Shown here piece by piece: positions 29,501 to 37,827 of a stretch of DNA of 64,000 nucleotides (within the stretch, counting starts at the first letter, position 1; each line of letters opens with the position of its first letter). The translations under genes were made by a program, and so were the position numbers. The stretch covers positions 1,280,001-1,344,000 of the forward strand of contig OY970393.1 of assembly GCA_963720465.1 (NCBI GenBank), written 5' to 3'. The notes under the pieces are model-generated. The model did not search any database. It was not told the origin of the DNA and worked only from the letters and a program-made list of their open reading frames with translations. Source of the stretch: Methanobacteriota archaeon (GTDB lineage Archaea; Halobacteriota; Bog-38; Methanoflorentales; Methanoflorentaceae).

Positions 29501-30301
29501 CTCCACGTGCTTTCGGTCAGTAATATCGACGATCTGCGCAAGATACCCCTCAACCCGACCTTCCGCAGTGAATAGCGGGGCCGTGTGGACGTCGGCGTAG
29601 CGTACATTGGAGTGAGTTGTCGGGAAATACTTGCTCTCTTGGATGGCAGAAAAGTCGTACGACAGTTTGTATCGTACGGGGCGGCCTGCCTGCAGTTCCG
29701 CTTTGTCGCGGTCTGAAACGCGCGGACTAGTGAAAATCGTTAAGTGCTCGAGGTCAGCTACACTGTTGATGCCGAGGAATGCGTGAGCTGCTTTATTTGC
29801 CTCAATGGGACGCCCATCGGCATCGTAGCGCACCTGCGCGACTGGTGAGTCATTGAAAAGGGTTCTAAATTGCCCTTCGCTAGCTTTACGCGCTGCTTCT
29901 GCTCGCTTCTGCTTTATAGTATGTCGTATCATGCGGGGTAGTCCCGCATATGACTCACTGTTCTCCAGTCCGTCCTTTGTGAGAGAATGCTGCGCCCCCT
30001 CGCGGACCGCAGTTCGCCCGAGCTCTTCGCCGTCCGATATCGTCAACACGATGATGGGTAGGTGTGGCGCGTGCTCACGGATAACGCGGAAGGTGTCAAG
30101 CCCGTGACTCTCGGGCAGGCCGAGGTCGAGCAGAATGACGTCAAAGTCGCCTTGAGCTAGAGTTTCAAGCCCTTGAGCGAGCGTCGCCGCGGTAACGTGA
30201 AAGCGCTCGCGTGTCGCATCACGGGACAGTTCTTGAATCAGCCGCGTGTCGGTGGGGCTATCCTCTATAAGAAGGACGTTAGTCCATTTTTCGTTCGCCA
30301 T
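26540..30301 (-). CDS. Hybrid multi-sensor histidine kinase (REC-PAS-PAS-coil-GAF-GAF-PAS-PAS-HisKA-HATPase)
   Basis: VLLIED, ILLDLGLP; several DITDRK PAS ends; HDLRNPL; NAIQAM, DTGVG, GTGLGL. Confidence 0.95.
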   Translation of the reverse strand: MANEKWTNVLLIEDSPTDTRLIQELSRDATRERFHVTAATLAQGLETLAQGDFDVILLDLGLPESHGLDTFRVIREHAPHLPIIVLTISDGEELGRTAVREGAQHSLTKDGLENSESYAGLPRMIRHTIKQKRAEAARKASEGQFRTLFNDSPVAQVRYDADGRPIEANKAAHAFLGINSVADLEHLTIFTSPRVSDRDKAELQAGRPVRYKLSYDFSAIQESKYFPTTHSNVRYADVHTAPLFTAEGRVEGYLAQIVDITDRKHVEEERESIARFPQDNPDPVLRIASTGQLLYANEAAKRLLEALDLRSDVVPIHWMTRVNGAYTRGQTLTDDVVAASGVFQLRVVPVPEEGVNVFGSDVTGRREAEDALWQSRAEVQSLNEELYGAIEELSVANETLERRVQERTTELTSTNQELRSINKRLSTEVRRRLKAEEEAEGYARQQEIINRVIKAGNESHDLRSALGSMLDNAVALLGFDGGAVYLLDTEGDAAELHYASPASPEILQTIPCGSAHVARIYQGEAEFVDASPTGSSPPYHASAAAAHIPLTSKEAVIGHYVVLGTSPHHFSAAEKELLVALGQQAGTVIARMQAEETAKARATYSAVLNEIIHVINDAQDLPTLYESSVITAIQLLGFESGWVAIQTDTGHLDVRYAYNTPPEVVDAVDSPHVAADLHTSAVYRTHELVVLDEAPSDLACYRFGQRGAVVGIPLVSEGAMIGRLALYATERRWFSPEERELFAAIGRELGTAVAKVTAKSRAEQRATMLDGARDAIVMWDVDGQITYWNHGAEQLYGWKRDEAIGKAIHSLLGTTFPEPIKRIRSALTKRGRWEGELTHVTRAGKTVIVESHMTLQHAPDGAPVATLEINNDVTEQREKEAQLRDSSRYARNLIEASLDPLVTISAEGMITDVNKATEDVTGCSRDELIGSDFSNYFTEPEKARAGYKQVFTYGLVRDYPLAIRHSSGRVTDVLYNATVYQNEAGEIQGVFAAARDITDRKRAEEELQRHSGHLEAIVAERTAQLKDAERLAGIGETAAIIGHDLRNPLQGLQYIVDLQKLRFERVPPEKRSAADWKQEEGLFNRISEQVFYMDKIVADLQDFARPIALQREVVGVSTVINDVLASLPHTDHVTIISDVSDLAVMADPHLMHRVFANLVLNAIQAMPEGGTLTISASRFDDSVAISVHDTGVGIPEEMKGKLFMPLSTGKAKGTGLGLAVVKRVVDAHSGTVTFESSEGKGTTFTVTLPNKCG

Positions 30302-30856
30302 CGTGGCACCAACGGAAGCGTACTAAGTGGTTCTTCCTGTCCTGCCCGCGCTTCGTACGCAAAGAATAGAGCGCACCAAACGCACGCTCGCCGCCTGATT
30401 TTTCTTCTGTTAATTCGAGGGGCTATATATAAGCGTGCCCCGCTGAAACGTGATTATAGGCAGCGCCTATGTTCTAGTCGGGCACAAGTGCGGGAACAAC
30501 AGCCTTTACAGTCGCACCTAACAGAACGTTATGGCCGGCTGCTTCCTTGCGCCGGTCGGTTCAGGGCTTTTATGCAATCGCCAGTAATGCCAGCGTACCT
30601 GCGGCAGGCGCCTCAAAACTGCCTTTCAGCAACTGCGCGCCGCAGCGCGCCCAGTCAAATAAACACCGAGTTTCAACGATTTTGCGCGGCGTGTCTGCCG
30701 AGTCGTGCGGCATGAACACCAAGATTGCTGGGTCAAAGCAGCGAGGCGATTGCGTGGGGAATGCCCAGCTAGTACGCTAAAGCGGCTAAACGTGTTCGCT
30801 GACGAATTCTGCCGCGCCAGGGTGCAGTGCCCTGCACCACCACACGGAAAATTTGC

Positions 30857-31150
30857 TTACGACTGAGACAAGAGTTTCAGCTTTTCAACGCACGCTGCAA
30901 GGGCAACCTCTGCAGCGGCGCACCGCACTTCCCATAGGTGAACATCGGCTTCTGCCCGCCGAACCGCGGCCCAGTCGTAACAGCCCTGGATGTGCGTTAT
31001 CTCGCACAGCGCATTCTCCAACGCCACCTCCTCACGTAATCCGGCGGCGTCTCTTTCGTAGCGCGACTTTGCCAACACCTGCCGCTCTGCCTCACACGAC
31101 ATAATGGGAAGGTCTACGGTAAGAGCGGCAATGCACGCGCCCGTACACAC
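30857..31150 (-). CDS. Possible small helical hypothetical protein
   Basis: Protein-like composition from MSCEAERQ; no family recognised. Confidence 0.3.
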   Translation of the reverse strand: MCTGACIAALTVDLPIMSCEAERQVLAKSRYERDAAGLREEVALENALCEITHIQGCYDWAAVRRAEADVHLWEVRCAAAEVALAACVEKLKLLSQS

Positions 31151-31717
31151 CCACCAGCAGGGCCCCTCTACCCAATAACTAAAATATTATGAACGTTCGT
31201 AATAAAGGTTGTGTTACACGGTTCTGTCACGGCGTGCTGCCGTTTACGTCGACTCCTTTCACCCAACAGCCATTTCTATAGGGGATACGCCGACTCTGAG
31301 TTGACTCGCTTCAAGTCCACGTACGATTCCTTAGCCGCATGCGGTTAACAAATTGCCGGTTTGTCGACTAATTTCTTCACGCCGGAGCTCTCCGACAAAT
31401 CCCGTTCAAAATGACAACCGTTATTGTCGATAAGATGCCTTTTCGGCAATGCTCAAAACGGATCGCAAACGAAGCCTCAATATATTTAAATTAATATAAA
31501 AATAAAAATATAATTCTAAAAATCGCTTCTTTTTAAAAAATGCGACTCCCAGAACGGCTTAAGCTGAGCCGAAAATAACTGAGCTTCTGCCCGTGAAGAT
31601 TATCAAGTGGCGCACTTTTGGTGTAGTTTTGGCGCACTTTGCCTAGCGCGCTCCCGCATTTTTGATCGCAACGAGAGCAAGACCGTCGCTTACGAGGCTT
31701 TATACGCAAAAAAGGCG

Positions 31718-31945
31718 TCAGCTACCCGCGCTCACCTGTCCGTTTACGTCAAACACGCTATCGAGCGAGATGCTCGCTGGCGTGATCGTTACGGTGTTCG
31801 TCACTCGTGTGGTGCTGGCCGTAAGCGATGCGCGAACGGTGGAGGGCTGCGTGCTGCGGGCGAGCGTAGTGAGCGGTGATGCTAACCGGAGGAGGAGCGC
31901 GATGACGACAGCCGCGTACGCCCTGTTGCGCAGCGAATGGAGCAC
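31718..31945 (-). CDS. Possible truncated secreted/surface protein
   Basis: Signal-peptide-like N-terminus then Ser/Thr-rich strands. Confidence 0.3.
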   Translation of the reverse strand: MLHSLRNRAYAAVVIALLLRLASPLTTLARSTQPSTVRASLTASTTRVTNTVTITPASISLDSVFDVNGQVSAGS

Positions 31946-32050
31946 GATTCACACCTTTTCTTGGGTCAAAGCTCCGCTTGAGCCTGCCGTGGTTGCAATA
32001 CGTTCGAGGGACGTTATTAATGATGCGATTTAGGTCGCGCACGCGAGGTG

Positions 32051-32749
32051 TCAGCTGAGTATCCGCTTGGCCGCTTCTTCGTACGCCGTTATCAAATCGC
32101 CGCGCTCGTAACGGAAAACGTCCTTATCAACCGATTCGCCCGAATCCTTCAGCCACAGGCGACAGGTATCGCAGCTTATCTCATCGGCAACGAGGATCTT
32201 CCCGTCCCGTCCCTTCCCAAACTCCAGCTTAAAGTCCGGAAGCAGCAGCCCTCGCCGATTCAGATGCTCCCGTAAGATCGTGTTCACGCGTAGCGTCAGC
32301 TCACGAATGGTCGCCAGCTCCTTCTCGGTTGCGAGGCGTAACGCGCGTATGAGGTCGTCGTTGAGCATCGGATCGCCATAAGCGTCAGACTTGAAGTCGA
32401 TAACGAGCACCGGAGGGATGAACTTCTGCCCTTCCTTGACGGGATACCGCCGCACGATTGATCCCGCAGCGATGTTTCGAGCGATGATTTCGAGCGGTAT
32501 GATGTCCACCGCTTTTACGAGCATCCGCGTATCGTCCACCATACCTTTGTAGTGCGTCGCGATCCCTCGCTGCTCCAGAAGCTGAAAGAGCCGTGCGGAA
32601 ATTCGCGCGTTGAAGTAGCCTTTCTGCGGCACTGTCCGCTTCCGTTTCCCGTTGAAGGCCGTGATGTCATCGCGAAACTCGATGATGTACTCCTCGGCGT
32701 TCTCGGTGCGGTACACGGTTTTTGCTTTACCAATGTGAACGACATCCAT
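32051..32749 (-). CDS. purC: SAICAR synthase
   Basis: GKAK.VY, FRDDITAF, IPLE, DFKLEFG, ADEISCDTCRLW, DKDVFR; ATG 32749. Confidence 0.96.
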   Translation of the reverse strand: MDVVHIGKAKTVYRTENAEEYIIEFRDDITAFNGKRKRTVPQKGYFNARISARLFQLLEQRGIATHYKGMVDDTRMLVKAVDIIPLEIIARNIAAGSIVRRYPVKEGQKFIPPVLVIDFKSDAYGDPMLNDDLIRALRLATEKELATIRELTLRVNTILREHLNRRGLLLPDFKLEFGKGRDGKILVADEISCDTCRLWLKDSGESVDKDVFRYERGDLITAYEEAAKRILS

Positions 32750-32753
32750 CGCG

Positions 32754-33839
32754 TCACCCGGCCATTGTCTCGCCTGTCTTTTTTCGTCGGAACCCGCGCT
32801 CGTCAGCCAGCTTCCCGATGAGCGGAGCGAGCGCCTCGCTGTACCATCCGGCACGCACGTACTGGGGGTAGATCGGCAACCTCTCGGTCAGTGCAATGCC
32901 GAGGTTCGCCACATCCGGCCAAGCGTGCTCTGGATTAATGTAGTCGACCGTCACGGTCGAAATCCCGCCGAGGTCGGACGCCCCCGCGCCGAGAAGCGGG
33001 GCCACCTCAGTGAGGTTGGGTGGCACTTGAACTGCGACATCATCGGGGAGGAGATGACGCGCCAGCGCGACTGTGCGGAGGAGCACCTCGCGACTCGGGC
33101 TGGGAACGTCTGCCATCCGCGTGCCCGGCTTCGGCACGAACGGCTGGATGATGACCTCTTGAAGGTGCCGGTATTTGTGCTGCAGCTCCGTGAGGAGTTC
33201 GAGCGAGCGGACGCGATCGCCCCAGTCTTCTCCTATGCCGATGAGGAGACCTGTGGTAAACGGAATGTGGAGCTTACCCGCATCCTCAATAGTCCAGAGC
33301 CGGAGCTCGGGCTCTTTGCCAGCACAGCCCTGGTGCGCGTCCACAGAGGCCGTCGTCTCGAGCATGAGTCCCAGGCTCGCATTCACAGGTTTCAGCCGCT
33401 CGAGCTCGTCAAAGGTGAGAATGCCCGGATTGCTGTGCGGGAGCAGTCCGGCGCGAATTGCCATGGTGCAGAGGTCATAGAGATAATCAAGAAAGCTGTC
33501 GTAGCCGAGCCTCCGGAGCTTCTCGATAAAGCCGGCGACCTCATACGGACGTTCGCCAAAGGTGAGCAGAGCCTCGGTGCAATCCGCATCCTTAGCCTGC
33601 TGCAGTAGGGTCTCCACCTCTGCTGGAGCCATCAGCCGTGCCTCAGCGTCGCCGATGTCCCGCCGGAACCCACAATAGCCACACGCGTTGCGACAGATGT
33701 TGGTGATAGGAACGAAGACATTGCGCGAGAACGTGACGCGTGCCGGAAGGGCAAACGAGAGCGTCTCTAAAGGCCCACCAACGATGTCTGCGATGCTCAT
33801 GTGCTCAAGCGACATAAAAAGCGAGGCCGTTTTTACCAC
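32754..33839 (-). CDS. cofG: FO synthase subunit 1 (radical SAM)
   Basis: VTFSRNVF, CRNACGYC, LLPHSNPG, GLMLET, PFTTGLLIGIGE, QEVIIQ, QVPPNL; true start probably ~33800. Confidence 0.95.
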   Translation of the reverse strand: MVKTASLFMSLEHMSIADIVGGPLETLSFALPARVTFSRNVFVPITNICRNACGYCGFRRDIGDAEARLMAPAEVETLLQQAKDADCTEALLTFGERPYEVAGFIEKLRRLGYDSFLDYLYDLCTMAIRAGLLPHSNPGILTFDELERLKPVNASLGLMLETTASVDAHQGCAGKEPELRLWTIEDAGKLHIPFTTGLLIGIGEDWGDRVRSLELLTELQHKYRHLQEVIIQPFVPKPGTRMADVPSPSREVLLRTVALARHLLPDDVAVQVPPNLTEVAPLLGAGASDLGGISTVTVDYINPEHAWPDVANLGIALTERLPIYPQYVRAGWYSEALAPLIGKLADERGFRRKKTGETMAG

Positions 33840-33894
33840 TACATGGCCGCGGTAATATATAAATAACGGGGACGCTTACGCCACCGGTGAAGCG

Positions 33895-34518
33895 ATGATG
33901 ACAACGGCAAAAGCGGTGGTGCCGTTTAAGACGCGCGGAGCGAAGACCCGTCTCGCGCCATTTCTGTCCCCCAAAGAACGCATGGCCTTCTCAAAGGCGA
34001 TGCTGCACGACGTGCTCCGCGGCTTGAAAGGCATCGACGTGACGATTCTGGCGACTGAGGACTTTGATCCTGAGTGCGACTGGGCGCACGTGGAGCTCAA
34101 CCGCCGCGACCTGAACACCGCCATAAACGCTTACATCGGGCACGTGCGAGAGCCGACTCTCATCGTGATGTCAGACATCCCGCTTATCCAAGAGTGGCAC
34201 GTGCGCGAGATGTACTCGGAGGGCGTGACGCTCGTCCCGGGGCGCGGCGGTGGCACCAACGCGATCTTCATGCGCGACCCCTCCCGCTTCAAGGTCGATT
34301 TTTACGAAGTGAGCTTCCTAAAGCACGTGGCAATCGCCAAAGAGCGCGGGCTTCCTTTAAAGGTTCTCGACTCGTTCTTTATGAGTACCGATATCGACAA
34401 ACCTGATGATTTGGCCGAGGTGCTCATCCACTGCCCCGGTGACTCGTGCGCGTACCTGCGCTCAATCGGTGTGCGGCTGAGCTACAGCAAGAGCCGCATT
34501 GGCGTAGAGCGAGGCTAG
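33895..34518 (+). CDS. cofC: 2-phospho-L-lactate guanylyltransferase
   Basis: VVPFK..KTRL, MSDIP, PGRGGGTN, SFLKH, DID.PDDL. Confidence 0.93.
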   Translation: MMTTAKAVVPFKTRGAKTRLAPFLSPKERMAFSKAMLHDVLRGLKGIDVTILATEDFDPECDWAHVELNRRDLNTAINAYIGHVREPTLIVMSDIPLIQEWHVREMYSEGVTLVPGRGGGTNAIFMRDPSRFKVDFYEVSFLKHVAIAKERGLPLKVLDSFFMSTDIDKPDDLAEVLIHCPGDSCAYLRSIGVRLSYSKSRIGVERG

Positions 34519-34559
34519 CGGCGCCGAGACAAGGCTCTGCAGCCGAAAAAAGCGCACGG

Positions 34560-35474
34560 CTAGAAAGCGGGCGTCAGCCACTGCGAGTAGCGCGGCTCGT
34601 TGCCGCGCGCCGCATTAAAGTACGCCTCCTTTAGCTCGTGCGTTATCGCGCCGACCGCGCCGTCGCCGATGACGATGCCGTCGACGCTCGTTATGGGGGC
34701 CACCTCTCCAGCAGTCCCGGTGAAGAAGAGCTCATCTGTGGAGTAGAGCTCAGATCGGCTTATCGTTCGCTCCACTACCTTGTAGCCACGATCCGCGCAG
34801 AGCGTTATGATTGCATCGCGGGTAATCCCCTCGAGGATGTCATCTGAAACCGGAGGCGTCAGAACGGTACCGTTGCGCACGAGAAAAACGTTCTCACCGC
34901 TCCCTTCGGAGACGAAGCCGTCTTTAGTTAGAAGTATGGCTTCATCGTATCCGTTTTGGACCGCTTCGACCTTTGCTAGCACGCTGTTTACATATGCTCC
35001 GGCGAACTTGCCCGTCGGAGGAAGCGAATTGTCTGAAAGGCGGGCCCACGAGCTTACACAGACCTTGAGGCCCGCGTCGATGTCGTCGAAGTACTTGCCC
35101 ATCGGTTCAACGTAGATGGCATAATCGTTTGACCTGCCGTACAGGTACAGGCCGACCGTGCCGGCCCCCCAATAGACAATCGGTCGTATATAGACGTCCT
35201 CTTGGAGCGCGTTTTGGCGCACCACGTCAACGATGGCATCAGCGAATTCCTGCTTAGTGAGGGGAATACTGAGCCTGAGCACGCGCATGTTGCGGTAGAG
35301 CCGCTCCACGTGCTCCGTCAGTCGAACGATGAAGCTTTGCCGTTTCTCATCATTGTGATAGCCCCGTATTCCCTCGAATACGGCGGTGCCATAATGGAGG
35401 GCGTGCGTGCTTATGTGGACGGTGGCTTCGCTCCACGCCACGTACGCCCCGTTCATCAGAACTTTGCGACTCAT
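34560..35474 (-). CDS. ilvE: Branched-chain amino acid aminotransferase
   Basis: HALHYG..FEGIR, YIRP, SEGSGEN, ILEGITR, TGTAGE. Confidence 0.95.
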   Translation of the reverse strand: MSRKVLMNGAYVAWSEATVHISTHALHYGTAVFEGIRGYHNDEKRQSFIVRLTEHVERLYRNMRVLRLSIPLTKQEFADAIVDVVRQNALQEDVYIRPIVYWGAGTVGLYLYGRSNDYAIYVEPMGKYFDDIDAGLKVCVSSWARLSDNSLPPTGKFAGAYVNSVLAKVEAVQNGYDEAILLTKDGFVSEGSGENVFLVRNGTVLTPPVSDDILEGITRDAIITLCADRGYKVVERTISRSELYSTDELFFTGTAGEVAPITSVDGIVIGDGAVGAITHELKEAYFNAARGNEPRYSQWLTPAF

Positions 35475-35609
35475 TCAAGACTCCTTTTGCAAACGATCGC
35501 CGGCATTTGGCTTGGTGCTTCTCCAATGCGCAACTACCCATTTAAACCTTTTTTTCCCGTGCGCGCCTATCAGATCAGTTATATACCTGCCACGCAACTA
35601 GTAGTGCAC

Positions 35610-35683
35610 GGGCCTGTAGTATAGTCTGGATAGCACAGCGGCCTCCGGAGCCTCAAACCCGGGTTCAAATCCCGGCAGGCCCG
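35610..35683 (+). tRNA. tRNA-Arg (CCG)
   Basis: Acceptor GGGCCTG/CAGGCCC, T arm CCGGG-TTCAAAT-CCCGG, anticodon loop CT-CCG-GA; TTATATA box ~30 nt upstream; no encoded CCA. Confidence 0.92.
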
Positions 35684-35764
35684 CTCTTACTCGCGGCGCC
35701 AGCGATTTTGGCCATCCGCGGCTGGACAGCGCCCGAATTTTTCGTCCGAGCTCGTCGCGCGAAG

Positions 35765-36472
35765 CTACACGCGCTTAGTCGAACCGTTGCTCTGTCTCAT
35801 GCTTTCGAGGACACGACGCCTCGCTTCAAGCTTCAGCACGTTAAACGGGACGTTGCAGAAGGGAAACAGTCGGATCTCCGTTATGTCGCGCGTTTTACGG
35901 TCGACGATGAACGGGAACTCCACGCAGACTGCGGGTCTATCGGCATAGACCCGGCATCGGCCGTCCTCTCCGAGAAACGCGCACGGCTGAGCTTTTTTTA
36001 GCGCGTGCGTATAACGGCGGTCGTGATCATCGGCGTACGATACGCAGTGCTGCGCGACAAACTCGTCGAGCGACAGTTCAAGGTGCACGCGCAAGCGCTC
36101 CACATCATCAGACGTCAGCCTGATGATGTCAAAGTAGCAACAGCCCGGCAACGAACAGTCAGCGCACAAGTGTCGCGACGAATGATCGTTCGCACGAAGA
36201 TCGCAGAGCAGTCGTTCGGGTGACAACGAAAAGTGCCATCCCCATTCACGTTCGCTGATGATCTCATCAACCACGCCGAGTATACATTCGCTAGCGGGTC
36301 CCTCTGGCACGTTAAGCCCCTCTATCACCTTTGCCGTGAGCGTGCGCCGCAGATCGTCCTTTCGTCCGGGCTCAAAAAGACTGCCGTACGACTCATTCGC
36401 TGCAGCGCCGCGAGACGCACGGTATTTGGCCAGATGACCTCTGTCACCCACTCGTTGCCGAATCTTCACCAC
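35765..36472 (-). CDS. YkgJ-family cysteine-cluster (Zn/Fe-chelating) protein
   Basis: CADC..GCC, PCAFL...GRCRVY..RP.VC..FPF, C. Confidence 0.85.
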   Translation of the reverse strand: MVKIRQRVGDRGHLAKYRASRGAAANESYGSLFEPGRKDDLRRTLTAKVIEGLNVPEGPASECILGVVDEIISEREWGWHFSLSPERLLCDLRANDHSSRHLCADCSLPGCCYFDIIRLTSDDVERLRVHLELSLDEFVAQHCVSYADDHDRRYTHALKKAQPCAFLGEDGRCRVYADRPAVCVEFPFIVDRKTRDITEIRLFPFCNVPFNVLKLEARRRVLESMRQSNGSTKRV

Positions 36473-36639
36473 GTACTCATCGCTCCGCGATATCTGTGGT
36501 CACGGTCTTTCACAGCACCCATATAGAGCTTCCCACGCAGTCGGGTCAGCAGGGAGAGATGAATGCGTGCCTCGCGCAGAGTCCCCCCAACGAAGGCTAG
36601 CTGAAGCCCCTTTTTCGTAAGAAACCTATTAATGCTAGG

Positions 36640-37716
36640 ATGCGCTCTTGTAGAATGATGTCAGATAAGTTAGACGGCATGCGGAACTTGCTTGAGCGCC
36701 TGTCAAATGCCCACGGCGTTTCCGGGCACGAAGGGAGCTCCCGCGACATACTCACGCACGAACTCACGCCCTACGTCGATGAGATCAAGATTGACGCGTT
36801 CGGCAATCTGATCGCCACAAAATCAGGAGAAGGACCTTCCGTAATGCTTTCTGCGCACACGGATGAGGTAGGCCTTTCCGCCAAGTACATTGACGAAAAT
36901 GGGTTCATCTACTTCATCGGTATCGGCGGTTGGTTCGACCAAACGCTGTTAAACCAGCGCGTGCGACTCCACGGAACAAAAGGCGATATTCCGGGAGTGA
37001 TCGGTTCGAAGCCTCCACATATTCTCGAGGAGGACGAAAAGAAAAAACCAATCCCGATAAAGGACATGTTTATCGACATCGGTGCCACGAGCGCCGAGGA
37101 CGTCGAAGGCCTTGGCGTGAGAATCGGCACGCCTATTACAATCGATCGCCAGTTTACTCCGCTTTCGAACAACTTCGTTACGGGAAAGGCGCTCGACGAT
37201 CGGGCCGGATGCGCGATGATGATCGAGGCCATGAAACGAACCAAGGCGACGACCGCCGTGTTCGCGGTCGGTTCGACGCAAGAGGAGGTCGGCTTGAAGG
37301 GTGCCAAAACGGCATCATTTGGGCTGAATCCCGACGTTGCCATCGCCACAGAGACCAACATAGCGGGGGACCACCCAGGCATCGAAAAGAAGATGGCGCA
37401 CTTGGAGCTCGGCAAGGGCCCCTCTGTCACCGTCGTCGACGGGGGTGGGCGTGGCCTCATCACCCCCGACTCGGTGCTTCGCTGGATCGAAGGGACGGCT
37501 GAGAAGGCGCGGATCGCGTACCAGCGCGACGTCAGCTCAGGCGGCACCACAGACGCAACGGCGATCAACCTCACGCGGGCGGGGGTCCCCGCCGGCGTCG
37601 TCAGCGTCGTCACGCGATACCTCCATACCCCCGTCGAGGTGCTCAACCTGGAAGATCTCGACGACGCCGCCGAACTGGTCGCCCGCATGCTCGAGACCGT
37701 TGCGGACTACTTTTGA
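36640..37716 (+). CDS. M42 family (TET/FrvX) aminopeptidase
   Basis: GVSGHE, AHTDEVG, GKALDDR, QEEVGL.GA, GGTTDA, RYLHTP; start may be ~36655-36679. Confidence 0.95.
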   Translation: MRSCRMMSDKLDGMRNLLERLSNAHGVSGHEGSSRDILTHELTPYVDEIKIDAFGNLIATKSGEGPSVMLSAHTDEVGLSAKYIDENGFIYFIGIGGWFDQTLLNQRVRLHGTKGDIPGVIGSKPPHILEEDEKKKPIPIKDMFIDIGATSAEDVEGLGVRIGTPITIDRQFTPLSNNFVTGKALDDRAGCAMMIEAMKRTKATTAVFAVGSTQEEVGLKGAKTASFGLNPDVAIATETNIAGDHPGIEKKMAHLELGKGPSVTVVDGGGRGLITPDSVLRWIEGTAEKARIAYQRDVSSGGTTDATAINLTRAGVPAGVVSVVTRYLHTPVEVLNLEDLDDAAELVARMLETVADYF

Positions 37717-37761
37717 CGCTCCAAAGCGTTCAACGGGGCCGAAACTCGCGCGCGTGAGAGC

Positions 37762-37770
37762 TTTTATATA
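37762..37770 (+). promoter_or_regulatory. TATA box of the cimA-ilvB-ilvN operon
   Basis: TTTTATATA with purine-rich BRE-like GAGAG upstream; implies a transcription start just before GTG 37798. Confidence 0.65.
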
Positions 37771-37797
37771 GTTACGCCTTCCATTGAGAGCAAGGAA

Positions 37798-37827
37798 GTG
37801 ACTACCGTGAGGGATCGCTTTATTTAA
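37798..37827 (+). other. Leader [12 protein letters not shown] overlapping the cimA 5' end (candidate first segment of a +1 frameshifted gene)
   Basis: GTG ACT ACC GTG AGG GAT CGC TTT ATT TAA; cimA frame is +1 relative to it. Confidence 0.5.

Noticed and set aside
31478-31545. Very AT-rich tract as a replication origin
   Set aside because: No clear ORB repeats and no cdc6/orc1 nearby.
36909-37688. Long antisense ORFs here and opposite ilvB, cofG, pntA and the ATPase
   Set aside because: Shadow frames of well-conserved genes.
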